A DNA stretch of 47,498 bases from a virus. Under the pieces are notes generated by a model. That model saw only the letters and a list, made by a program, of their open reading frames with translations. It searched no databases and had not been told where the DNA came from. The stretch lies in IMG/VR virus record IMGVR_UViG_3300022561_000016, positions 1 to 47,498 of that record, one strand, 5' to 3'. A program made the translations under genes and the position numbers. Positions 7,020 to 14,735 of the stretch are shown piece after piece (position 1 is the first letter of the stretch; every line of letters begins with the position of its first letter).

Positions 7020-7046
7020 AAGCAATAACTAGGAATACTAAGCAAT
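7015..7046 (+). repeat. Two 12-bp direct repeats ATACTAAGCAAT spaced 20 bp apart (putative operators)
   Basis: Copies at 7015-7026 and 7035-7046 overlap the -10 and the leader. TATACTAAGC also occurs at 47182-47191. Confidence 0.6.
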
Positions 7047-7065
7047 CATCGAAAAGGAGCTACCC

Positions 7066-7263
7066 ATGGAACGGGAAAAGATCGAGGACTTGACGGGCAA
7101 GACGTTTGGTCTATTGCGCGTCGTTGAGAAAGCCAACAACATCATTCATCGCAACGCTTTTTGGCGCTGTATTTGCGCGTGCGACAAGGTGGTGTATGTG
7201 TCTGGCACGAACCTGCGGCAAGGCTACACCACGCATTGCGGATGCGACCAGGGGACGCGGTAA
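7066..7263 (+). CDS. Small zinc-binding phage protein (L.GK.FG.L.V...W.C.C.C......SCGC-type)
   Basis: LTGKTFGLLRVVEK...FWRCICACDKVV...THCGC is a widespread phage/AP2-associated N-terminal pattern. AAGGAG lies upstream. Confidence 0.6.
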   Translation: MEREKIEDLTGKTFGLLRVVEKANNIIHRNAFWRCICACDKVVYVSGTNLRQGYTTHCGCDQGTR

Positions 7264-7273
7264 CAGGAACGAT

Positions 7274-7304
7274 CTGACGTGGCGCACATTGTGCGCCACG
7301 TCAG
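7274..7304 (+). other. Perfect 14-bp-stem hairpin (loop ATT)
   Basis: CTGACGTGGCGCAC-ATT-GTGCGCCACGTCAG lies between 7263 and 7321. No U-tract follows. Confidence 0.5.
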
Positions 7305-7320
7305 CAGATTGAGGCACAAA

Positions 7321-8436
7321 ATGACCGTAGCAATCCAAACAGCATTTTACGACTATGCCGCGCTGGATAGCGAAACCCGCATCATTGTGCAGCAGCGCAC
7401 GAGCGAGATCAAGGCGCTCATGAAGCGCGCCGCATCAGACATTATCGACATCGGGCAGAAGTTAATCGAGGTTAAGGCGCGGTTGGGACATGGCGAATTT
7501 ACGCCTTGGCTCAATACAGAATTTGATTGGAGCTGGGACACCGCCAAAAGATTCATGCGTGTTGCTGAAGTATTCCAAAATCAGCAAATTGCTGATTATC
7601 AAATCGCACCGAGCGCCCTATACCTACTCGCCGCGCCTTCGACTCCAGAGGACGTGCGAACAGACATAATCGCCCGCGCAGAGCAAGGCGAAACGATCAC
7701 CCACAGCGCAACGCGAGACGCTATCGAGCAAGCCCAGGAAGCACGGCGCTACGACGGGTTTGCGCTCGTGTCGCCGCCTGATGACGAAGACGACGAACCG
7801 CTATCAGCCTACGAACAGAGCATAGCGCGCTCCTACGTGCCGCCGGTCATGTCGCAGCCAATGAGCGTACTCACTAGTCAAGGCACCGTCGAATGGTACA
7901 CCCCGCCTGAACTGATCGAACGCGCCCGCAATGTCATGGGAGGTATCGACCTCGACCCTGCCAGTTCAGATGTTGCGCAACGATGGATTCAGGCCGGAAC
8001 GTACTACCAGTTCGATCTGAGCGCATTTGACTTTGACAAGCCACGCGCGAACGATGCTGAACTGAAACGCGATCTTAGCCGGTTCAGCCAAGCGCAGTTC
8101 GCCGCGCAGCCGCAATGGGCAGGCCGCGTATGGCTTAATCCGCCGTTCGATGACACGCCCACATGGGTTGATCGGCTCGACAGCGAGTACATCCATGGCG
8201 ACGTGACCGCAGCTGTCCTCTTGGTCAATAGCGCTCCTGGCTATATCTGGTGGGAGAACCTATGGCGGCGGCGGCCGGTCTGTATGCTACGTGAGCGTGT
8301 GTGCTTTTATCAGGCCGATGGCACATCTGATGGCCCGTCCAAGAAGGGCACCACGATTGCCTATTACGGCGAGAACGTTCAATCCTTCATCGCACAATTC
8401 GGCGCGCTTGGTCGCATCATTCTACCGGAAGAGTAA
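7321..8436 (+). CDS. DUF3102-like domain fused to a phage Dam-type N6-adenine DNA methyltransferase
   Basis: N-terminus IGQKLIEVKARLGHGEFTPWL...DTAKRFMRVAEVF (DUF3102 pattern). C-terminus VEWYTPPELIERAR..IDLDPAS...WLNPPFDD (Dam PF05869-like NPPF/Y motif). Confidence 0.75.
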   Translation: MTVAIQTAFYDYAALDSETRIIVQQRTSEIKALMKRAASDIIDIGQKLIEVKARLGHGEFTPWLNTEFDWSWDTAKRFMRVAEVFQNQQIADYQIAPSALYLLAAPSTPEDVRTDIIARAEQGETITHSATRDAIEQAQEARRYDGFALVSPPDDEDDEPLSAYEQSIARSYVPPVMSQPMSVLTSQGTVEWYTPPELIERARNVMGGIDLDPASSDVAQRWIQAGTYYQFDLSAFDFDKPRANDAELKRDLSRFSQAQFAAQPQWAGRVWLNPPFDDTPTWVDRLDSEYIHGDVTAAVLLVNSAPGYIWWENLWRRRPVCMLRERVCFYQADGTSDGPSKKGTTIAYYGENVQSFIAQFGALGRIILPEE

Positions 8437-8439
8437 ATC

Positions 8440-9381
8440 ATGGCAAAGTGGCAACCACCTATCCCGGCCGGTGCACTGTACAGCAAACCGGCCCGCGCGC
8501 TCGGCCCAGCTCTACCGTTGCTCGCCTACTGTTACGACTTAGTACAGCGGGACGGGTGGCTAGACCTTGACCTCACAGAAGCCGCCGGGGACATGGAAGA
8601 ACCATACCCAACCGTCAAGCGCTGGTGGAAGGCCGTCAAGGAAGGCCCATTCTTCAGCGAGGCGATTGACCGGGGGCGACGAGGGTGGCGCGTGAAGTTT
8701 CGGCCCGTCTGGATTGACCTTCGTATCCTGAGCACCAGGCCAATAGCCGCCGATCCTTCAAGTACAACTCAAGGATCAGAAATGATCCTTGAAGATACGA
8801 AAGTGGAAGTACAAACGCCTCAAGGACATTTCAAGGACATTTCAAGGACAAATGAAGGATCAGAAATGATCCTTGAAGATAATGTATATGGTACTCAAGA
8901 CTCATATCAAGCAAAAGAGATTGACGACGCGAAAATTTCGCGCACGTCGTCCCCTAAAAAGAAAGCTGACGCACCGACACCCAAACCGATACGAGAAACA
9001 CTTGCAGAGGTTTGCGGCATCGGACGTATCAGCACTCGTGAGCAGCAACTACAGGTCAACCAATCGGCGGCACAGATTTGGAAAGAGCAAGAACGTGCTG
9101 GCCTCGATGCTGATCGAACGGTCAAAGATATTCGCCATACGGCTAGTTATTTCCAAAAGAATGACTGGCGCGGCAAGAAGGGCGACCGACCGACGCCAGC
9201 ACAGATACGGGAAGTTTGGGTAGCAGCGCACACGAACGGGCATCGTCCTAACGGTCAAATCCCTGGTGACCTGCCGCTTTTTCAAGCCGACCCGTCGAAG
9301 CGGCTGACACCAGAGGAACAAACGGCAGCGGCGGCACGCCGACGGGCCATTCGAGAAGAATCACGATCAGCAGGGAAGTAG
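8440..9381 (+). CDS. Replication initiator / helicase-loading protein (lambda O-like logic)
   Basis: Sits immediately upstream of dnaB. It has a winged-helix-like N-terminus, and the central linker coding region carries iterons and an AT-rich patch. Confidence 0.55.
   Translation: MAKWQPPIPAGALYSKPARALGPALPLLAYCYDLVQRDGWLDLDLTEAAGDMEEPYPTVKRWWKAVKEGPFFSEAIDRGRRGWRVKFRPVWIDLRILSTRPIAADPSSTTQGSEMILEDTKVEVQTPQGHFKDISRTNEGSEMILEDNVYGTQDSYQAKEIDDAKISRTSSPKKKADAPTPKPIRETLAEVCGIGRISTREQQLQVNQSAAQIWKEQERAGLDADRTVKDIRHTASYFQKNDWRGKKGDRPTPAQIREVWVAAHTNGHRPNGQIPGDLPLFQADPSKRLTPEEQTAAAARRRAIREESRSAGK
8753..8900. repeat. Putative origin of replication: iteron array in an AT-rich patch inside the initiator gene
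   Basis: A 27-bp exact repeat AAGGATCAGAAATGATCCTTGAAGATA occurs at 8771-8797 and 8855-8881, each containing the palindrome GGATCAgaaaTGATCC. An 11-bp tandem TCAAGGACATT x3 lies at 8820-8852. Confidence 0.6.
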
Positions 9382-9385
9382 CGAT

Positions 9386-10714
9386 ATGCATATCGAAGAA
9401 CTGCCGCAGAATTTGGACGCAGAGAAGGCGACGCTCGGCAGCGTCCTGCTCAACCGCGATAGCTTGGTAGCGATTGCGAACTGGCTGACGCCGACGATGT
9501 TTTATCTCCAGCGGCACGCCGACATCTACGCGGCGATGCTGCACCTGTTCAGCCAGCGCACGCCGCCCGACACGCGCACCGTGTCCGACGAGCTGAAGCG
9601 GCGCGGCCAGCTGGAGGCCGTCGGCGGGACGATGTACCTGTCCGACCTGACCGACGCCGCGCCTTCCAGCTATCACATCGTTCACTATGCGCGCACCGTA
9701 GAGAGCCTCGCGATGCGGCGGCTGATGATCCGGAACAGCGGCAAGGCGGCGGCGCTGGCATACGACGAGAGCGTGTCCGATGATGATCTGCGTGCGGGCG
9801 TGATTGCGCTCGCGACCGAGGCGGCGACCGCGCGCGACGATGCCGGCGCGACCTCGATTGGCGAGATGATGGACAGGATGCTCGACCGGCTCGGTCAAGA
9901 CCGCGCGCCCGCCACCAGCACCGGCCTGCACGACCTTGACGAGATTATCTACGGTCTGACGCGGACGGGGCGGCTGATCACTATCGCCGGGCGTCCGGGT
10001 CACGGCAAGACGGCGCTGGCGCTCACGATGGGCCTGAGTTTGGCAGAGCAAGGCAAGCACGGAAAAATCTTTTCAATGGAGATGACTGAGGAAGAACTCG
10101 CCGACCGCTTCGCATCAATGCGGAGCAACATCGACGGCAAGATTATTCAGAGCGGCAGCCTGACCGACGACCAGTTCCGCAAAGTGACCGAGGCGGTCGG
10201 CGCGGTGAATCGATTGCCACTGTACACGCGCGCAGCCAGCACCTTCTCGCTGGCTGATATTCGCACCATGACGCTTCAGCACATCATGACGCATGGCCCG
10301 CTGGATTTCATCATCGTGGATTACCTGGGCCTTATGCGCGCCAGCGGTCGCAAGAATCAAACTCGCCAGCAGGATTTGGGCGAGATGACGCGCGGCCTGA
10401 AGGCGCTCGCGATGGAGACGGGCGCGGATCTGTTCATGCTGGCCCAGCTCAATCGCGACATTGAGAAGCGCGATAGTCCGACCCCCACCCTGTCCGACCT
10501 GCGGGAGGCTGGCGACATCGAGAACGACAGCAACATCGTGCTCTTCGTAATCAACCCGGAAAAGCTGGACCCGGAAACGACCGACAAAGGCAAGGGAATG
10601 CTGTGGGTCGTCAAGCATCGGGGCGGGCCGTGCGGCAAGGTGGAGTTGCACTTTAACGCGCCGTTGACGCGCTTTGACAACTTGGAGAAGTACCGTGCCG
10701 TCGATGGATACTAA
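9386..10714 (+). CDS. dnaB: Replicative DNA helicase DnaB
   Basis: N-terminus PQNLDAEKATLGSVLL, Walker A GRPGHGKT, IVDYLGLM and LAQLNRDIEKR are canonical DnaB motifs. Confidence 0.93.
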   Translation: MHIEELPQNLDAEKATLGSVLLNRDSLVAIANWLTPTMFYLQRHADIYAAMLHLFSQRTPPDTRTVSDELKRRGQLEAVGGTMYLSDLTDAAPSSYHIVHYARTVESLAMRRLMIRNSGKAAALAYDESVSDDDLRAGVIALATEAATARDDAGATSIGEMMDRMLDRLGQDRAPATSTGLHDLDEIIYGLTRTGRLITIAGRPGHGKTALALTMGLSLAEQGKHGKIFSMEMTEEELADRFASMRSNIDGKIIQSGSLTDDQFRKVTEAVGAVNRLPLYTRAASTFSLADIRTMTLQHIMTHGPLDFIIVDYLGLMRASGRKNQTRQQDLGEMTRGLKALAMETGADLFMLAQLNRDIEKRDSPTPTLSDLREAGDIENDSNIVLFVINPEKLDPETTDKGKGMLWVVKHRGGPCGKVELHFNAPLTRFDNLEKYRAVDGY

Positions 10715-10892
10715 GCCGCTGCCGCGCGTCGAGCTACCCGCGCTGGCGACGATCCACGACGCTGATGAGCGCTTCTACCTTCGGATGTATCTGCGCTCGA
10801 ATATGGCACGCGATCAAGACGAGGCGCGCAAACGCTGCGCGGAGGCAGGGATTGACTATGAGCAGGCACGGCAGGAAGCGAGGCTGACGTAA
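10704..10892 (+). CDS. Hypothetical protein
   Basis: ATG at 10704 overlaps the dnaB 3' end. 62 aa. Confidence 0.45.
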   Translation: MDTKPLPRVELPALATIHDADERFYLRMYLRSNMARDQDEARKRCAEAGIDYEQARQEARLT

Positions 10893-11266
10893 TGCCCGTG
10901 GACTGGAAGCGCTACCCCGCCGATTGGAGCGACATCGCCCGCAGATGCAAGGACGCGGCGGACTGGAAATGTCAAGATTGCGGAATGCAGTGCCGCCGGG
11001 CGGGCGAGACGTTCGACACGCACAAGCGCACGATGAGCGTGCATCACGTCGGCGCTCCGAAGGACGACGGGACTCTCGGCGACATGCACGACAAGATGGA
11101 CGTGCGGGATTGCAATCTTATCGCGCTGTGCAGCAAGTGCCATCTTGCGCGCGACCTTCCTGGACATATGGCGAACGCAGCCCGGACGCGGCGGGCGCGT
11201 AAGATCGACGCAGGCCAGATGGAATTAACATACATCAGCGTTGACGTGACGCCGCCTGAGCGTTGA
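10892..11266 (+). CDS. HNH endonuclease
   Basis: CQDCG...SVHHV...NLIALCSKCH is an HNH motif set. Confidence 0.8.
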   Translation: MPVDWKRYPADWSDIARRCKDAADWKCQDCGMQCRRAGETFDTHKRTMSVHHVGAPKDDGTLGDMHDKMDVRDCNLIALCSKCHLARDLPGHMANAARTRRARKIDAGQMELTYISVDVTPPER

Positions 11267-11274
11267 CGTGACGC
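11237..11274 (+). repeat. 16-bp direct repeat AGCGTTGACGTGACGC x2 across the HNH stop codon
   Basis: Copies at 11237-11252 and 11259-11274. Confidence 0.8.
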
Positions 11275-11341
11275 ACGGAAAGCGGGCGGGCGGTGTGATA
11301 GACGGAGCGAGGCGCAGACGGGCGCTGAGAGGGCTTACACG

Positions 11342-11539
11342 ATGAGCGAGCATACTCCAATGAATCTGCCAGTGATCGATTGTTGCGCAACATGTGCGCA
11401 CAGGCGCGGCAGGCCAGTTCACATGTGGTGCGGAAAGCATCTGATCGAAGTCGCTGCTTTCACGAAATGCGACGACTTCACGCGCCTTCCAGCGTATCCG
11501 CTGTGGAAGACCTGTGATGTCATAGCAGGGAAGGCTTGA
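11342..11539 (+). CDS. Hypothetical Cys-rich protein
   Basis: 65-aa ORF with CCATCAH...WC...C. Confidence 0.45.
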   Translation: MSEHTPMNLPVIDCCATCAHRRGRPVHMWCGKHLIEVAAFTKCDDFTRLPAYPLWKTCDVIAGKA

Positions 11540-11541
11540 CA

Positions 11542-11829
11542 ATGCAGCACGCACGCAAGAAAGACCTCATGCATACGCCGATTGTGACAACGCTTCAAGG
11601 CGTCGGCGCGGCGGTCAGGGAAACGTATCAGTTTCCCAAGATGCTCGATATTTTAGTCGCGTATCGCGGGCAACTGTTCTGGGCAGAGATCAAGAACGAC
11701 GCCCGCACCGCTGAGAAGGATTTGACGCCAGCCGAGCGGGCCTTGATTGACGACTTCGCCCGCGTTGGCGTGAAGATTCACGTTTGGTGTACGCCCGATC
11801 AGGCGTTGAAAGCGATTGGAGCGATATGA
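11542..11829 (+). CDS. VRR-NUC-like nuclease
   Basis: LDILVAYRGQLFWAEIKN...LTPAERALIDDF..GVKIHVW matches the VRR-NUC D..EVK core and layout. Confidence 0.6.
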   Translation: MQHARKKDLMHTPIVTTLQGVGAAVRETYQFPKMLDILVAYRGQLFWAEIKNDARTAEKDLTPAERALIDDFARVGVKIHVWCTPDQALKAIGAI

Positions 11830-12074
11830 CGCACGACAACACCGCCGAGCCGACCGTCAAGCGCGCCGCGTTCCCGATGGCGATCCTGCGCGGTGGCACG
11901 CCGCTGTTCCACGCGCCCGGCACGTTCCCGCCGGAGTATCGACGGGATGCGCAGCTCGAAGCGCTGTGGCGGGCCGGGCAACCGCAGCCGACAAAGCAAC
12001 TGATGTTTCCGGGCTGGGCGTTCGTGCCTGCGTCCGCCGCAATCGCCTGGCGGTCACAAGGGGGGAAGGCATGA
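11826..12074 (+). CDS. Hypothetical protein
   Basis: ATGA overlap at 11826. 82 aa. Confidence 0.45.
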   Translation: MTHDNTAEPTVKRAAFPMAILRGGTPLFHAPGTFPPEYRRDAQLEALWRAGQPQPTKQLMFPGWAFVPASAAIAWRSQGGKA

Positions 12075-12304
12075 ACAGCAAAGATAGCTTTGACCTAGGC
12101 TGCGCTTGGTGCGCCGCGCAAATCGCCTCCTGTGACGATCTACGCCGCGTTGGCGAGCGCATCGTTTGCCCGAACTGCGGCAAGCCCAACACCATCGAGT
12201 ACGATCAAGAGGATAATGACGACCCGTCCAGCGAATGCTATTTTTGCTTGCACCGGGTGATCGAGCAGCGCAAGCATGGTCACGCAACAATGGAGCTGAT
12301 ATGA
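12071..12304 (+). CDS. Zinc-ribbon protein
   Basis: CAWC...CPNCG...CYFC. ATG at 12071 after GGGGGAAGG. Confidence 0.5.
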   Translation: MNSKDSFDLGCAWCAAQIASCDDLRRVGERIVCPNCGKPNTIEYDQEDNDDPSSECYFCLHRVIEQRKHGHATMELI

Positions 12305-12651
12305 TCTACCCGACCGCCGCCGACCTCGCCGCGCAGGGCGTCACGTTGCAGCGCGACGTGTGCCTGTGGAGCGCATTGCTCCGGCGCGAGTCTGTCGAGG
12401 CCGAAGCTGAAGCCGAAGCCGCCGACGTGCCGCCGCAGCCCAAGCCCAAGCGGCCCGCCAGCAGCACGCCGCGCACGTTCGCATCCAAGTACGTCGGCGT
12501 CACGATCCATCACGACCGCTGGCTCGCGCAGTGGGGGCCGCGCGGCGCGAAGAAGGGCCGCGTGTTTCCGCTGACGCCAGCGGGCGAGCTGCTGGCGGCG
12601 ACCGAGCGCGCACGGGCGCTGGGCTTGGACGCGCCGCAGATCAGGGCGTGA
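12301..12651 (+). CDS. AP2-like DNA-binding domain protein
   Basis: SKYVGVTIHHDRWLAQWGPRGAKKGRVFPLTPAGELLAATERARA fits the AP2 pattern (Y.GV...W.A.......G.F....A). ATGA overlap at 12301. Confidence 0.55.
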   Translation: MIYPTAADLAAQGVTLQRDVCLWSALLRRESVEAEAEAEAADVPPQPKPKRPASSTPRTFASKYVGVTIHHDRWLAQWGPRGAKKGRVFPLTPAGELLAATERARALGLDAPQIRA

Positions 12652-12681
12652 GCAGATGGATTATTAGAGGAGAACGTGACT

Positions 12682-12930
12682 ATGCAATCTTGTGACGCGC
12701 TAGAGTACGAATTTCGATTCGCGGATGATTCTTTCTTCACGCAAGATATGCGCGATAAGCGAGGGCTTACAGATCAAGAGTGGAAAAAGGTTTGCGTTTC
12801 GGTATACGCGGGCGTCGAAGCGCTGACCATACCCGAAGGAATGATACGCACGATCACGACCGTTTACGGAGGCTGGGATGTTGTGATCGACTACCCGGAC
12901 GGCGTGCGCCCGCTAAGCGCCTTCCGATGA
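12682..12930 (+). CDS. Hypothetical protein
   Basis: 82-aa ORF after AGGAG. GTG at 12676 is an alternative start. Confidence 0.5.
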   Translation: MQSCDALEYEFRFADDSFFTQDMRDKRGLTDQEWKKVCVSVYAGVEALTIPEGMIRTITTVYGGWDVVIDYPDGVRPLSAFR

Positions 12931-13130
12931 GTAATCGCAACGCCTTCCGACCGGCGGGCGAACTGGACAAAGCCGCGAGCGCCGCCGTATCCGCGATCAT
13001 CGTGCGACTGCGGGATCAGGACGGGCTATCGTTCGCACGGATTGCGCGCCGATTAGCGTATGACTTCGATGTTCAGATCAGCCGCGCCGCCGTGTGGCAG
13101 CGCTATCAACGAGAGGCAAAGGAACCATGA
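12927..13130 (+). CDS. Small HTH protein (resolvase/sigma-r4-like HTH)
   Basis: GLSFARIARRLAYDFDVQISRAAVWQRY. The last 46 bp are duplicated 800 bp downstream. Confidence 0.5.
   Translation: MSNRNAFRPAGELDKAASAAVSAIIVRLRDQDGLSFARIARRLAYDFDVQISRAAVWQRYQREAKEP
13075..13120 (+). repeat. Direct repeat copy 1 (46 bp, 41/46 identical to 13875..13920)
   Basis: AGATCAGCCGCGccGCCGTGTGGCAGCGCTATCAACG... encodes the C-terminus ISRAAVWQRYQRE of the upstream gene. Confidence 0.9.
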
Positions 13131-13876
13131 ACACACAAATACTTAACTACGGTGGTGGCTGGCAGACCACCGGCATGCTCGTGCTGATTGAGCAAGGCAC
13201 GCTCCCGCGCCCCGATCGGATCGTGATCGCGGACACGGGACGCGAACGCAAGACGACATGGCGGTACCTGGAGCAAACGGCCCAGCCGCGTATGCGGGCG
13301 TTGGGACTGGAGATCGAGATTGCGCCGCGCTCGCTGGCGAAGGTTGACATTTACTCGCATCAGGGAACGCTATTGTTGCCGGCGTATACCGCAACTGGCA
13401 AACTCTCGGCTTATTGCTCAAACGAATGGAAACAGCGCGTTGTTGACCGCTACCTGCGGCAAACTGGTGCGCCGGTCGCTGCCGAGCGCACGCACTGGAT
13501 TGGCTTTACGTATGATGAACGCCAGCGGATCAAAGGAGAGCAGGGCCGATTGTATCCACTGGTCGACATGATGCTCACAAAAGCAGATATTCGTCAAATT
13601 ATCCGCGCCGCTGGCTGGCCTGACCCGACCCCTAGCGCGTGCTTTATGTGCGCCAATCTGGATAATGCCGAGTGGCGCAACATCCGCGCAAACGACCCCG
13701 CCGATTTTGAAGCCGCGTGCGTGCTCGATGAGGAAATACGCGAGGAAGATAGGTTTCGTGGCGGATCGGGCGTGTGGCTCCATCGTAGCCGTGTGCCGCT
13801 ACGCGAGGCCGATCTTGACGTGGAAGATCGCAAAGACCCAGCGCGCCAGTGCGGGCTAGGGATGTGCTTCGTGTAG
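13127..13876 (+). CDS. PAPS reductase-like / PP-loop family protein, paralog 2
   Basis: NYGGGWQTTG (PP-loop-like), CSNEWK, SACFMC and the C-terminal CGLGMC are the same motif set as 1858..2682. The gene is flanked by 46-bp direct repeats. Confidence 0.75.
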   Translation: MNTQILNYGGGWQTTGMLVLIEQGTLPRPDRIVIADTGRERKTTWRYLEQTAQPRMRALGLEIEIAPRSLAKVDIYSHQGTLLLPAYTATGKLSAYCSNEWKQRVVDRYLRQTGAPVAAERTHWIGFTYDERQRIKGEQGRLYPLVDMMLTKADIRQIIRAAGWPDPTPSACFMCANLDNAEWRNIRANDPADFEAACVLDEEIREEDRFRGGSGVWLHRSRVPLREADLDVEDRKDPARQCGLGMCFV

Positions 13877-13920
13877 ATCAGCCGCGTTGCCGTGTGGCAG
13901 CGCTATCAACGGGAGACGAA
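13875..13920 (+). repeat. Direct repeat copy 2 (non-coding relic reading ISRVAVWQRYQRETKNA-stop)
   Basis: Exactly 800 bp downstream of copy 1. It begins right after the stop codon of the PP-loop gene. Confidence 0.9.
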
Positions 13921-13922
13921 GA

Positions 13923-14270
13923 ATGCGTAACATTTCATTTTCGGCAACCAAGCCGCAGTTTCGTGCGCGCACCAAGACCGTAACGCGCCGAATGGGCTGG
14001 GCGCGTCTGAAAGCAGGCGATTTTCTGATGGGCGTAGAGAAGGCGCAAGGCTTGAAGAAAGGCGAAAAGATCGTTGCGCTTGGCCCGGTCTGGGTCGTGA
14101 GCGTGCGGCGCGAACCGCTCAACATGATTACGCAAGACGATTGCGACCGTGAAGGCTTTCCAGAATATACGCCCGCGCAGTTTGTGGCATTCTTTTGCAC
14201 GTTCAACGGCTGTGCTCCTGATGCCCTAGTAACGCGCATTGAATTTGCATATGAGGAGAAGCAACCATGA
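13923..14270 (+). CDS. ASCH-like (PUA-fold) domain protein
   Basis: ISFSATKPQFRARTKTVTRRMGWARLKAGDFL...EGFPEYTPAQFVAFF resembles the ASCH N-terminal beta-barrel pattern. Confidence 0.5.
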   Translation: MRNISFSATKPQFRARTKTVTRRMGWARLKAGDFLMGVEKAQGLKKGEKIVALGPVWVVSVRREPLNMITQDDCDREGFPEYTPAQFVAFFCTFNGCAPDALVTRIEFAYEEKQP

Positions 14271-14467
14271 CCAGCCAAGCACTGCCACGAAGCGACGCCG
14301 AGCAGCTGCGCGACGCACGGACGGCCAACGGCCTGCTCCGCGAGCGGCTCGCCGAGCAGGAGGCGCTGGTCGCGCAGTATCGCGCGCGGGCCGATGCGCT
14401 GGAGGCGCGGCTGGGCGAGGCGATGGCGCTGGCGGAAGACGTGCTGAGAACGTACCGGCCAAAATAG
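14267..14467 (+). CDS. Hypothetical coiled-coil protein
   Basis: 66 aa. The C-terminus RADALEARLGEAMAL is repeated in the next gene. Confidence 0.5.
   Translation: MTSQALPRSDAEQLRDARTANGLLRERLAEQEALVAQYRARADALEARLGEAMALAEDVLRTYRPK
14390..14432 (+). repeat. Direct repeat copy 1 (43 bp, 1 mismatch)
   Basis: GCCGATGCGCTGGAGGCGCGGCTGGGCGA(G/T)GCGATGGCGCTGG recurs at 14639-14681. Confidence 0.9.
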
Positions 14468-14491
14468 AATGTGGGTTAAGGAGGGACGGGG

Positions 14492-14719
14492 ATGCCAAAA
14501 GGAACAGTAGCATTGTCGTGGGGAGATTGGGGCGGAGTCTACGCCAAGCGGGGCTATAGTTGGCGGCTGTGTTTTGGCTGGGTCGCCTTGACCTGGCTGC
14601 CCATCGAGCTTGACGATCTCGTTGAGGGGTACGCGCGCGCCGATGCGCTGGAGGCGCGGCTGGGCGATGCGATGGCGCTGGTGGCGACGCACGCCGAGAT
14701 TATGCGCAAAACATTGTGA
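14492..14719 (+). CDS. Hypothetical protein (Trp/Gly-rich N-terminus, C-terminus homologous to the upstream gene)
   Basis: 75 aa after AAGGAGG. Confidence 0.45.
   Translation: MPKGTVALSWGDWGGVYAKRGYSWRLCFGWVALTWLPIELDDLVEGYARADALEARLGDAMALVATHAEIMRKTL
14639..14681 (+). repeat. Direct repeat copy 2 (43 bp)
   Basis: 249 bp downstream of copy 1, in frame in both genes. Confidence 0.9.
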
Positions 14720-14735
14720 AATGAGGAGGAACAGG

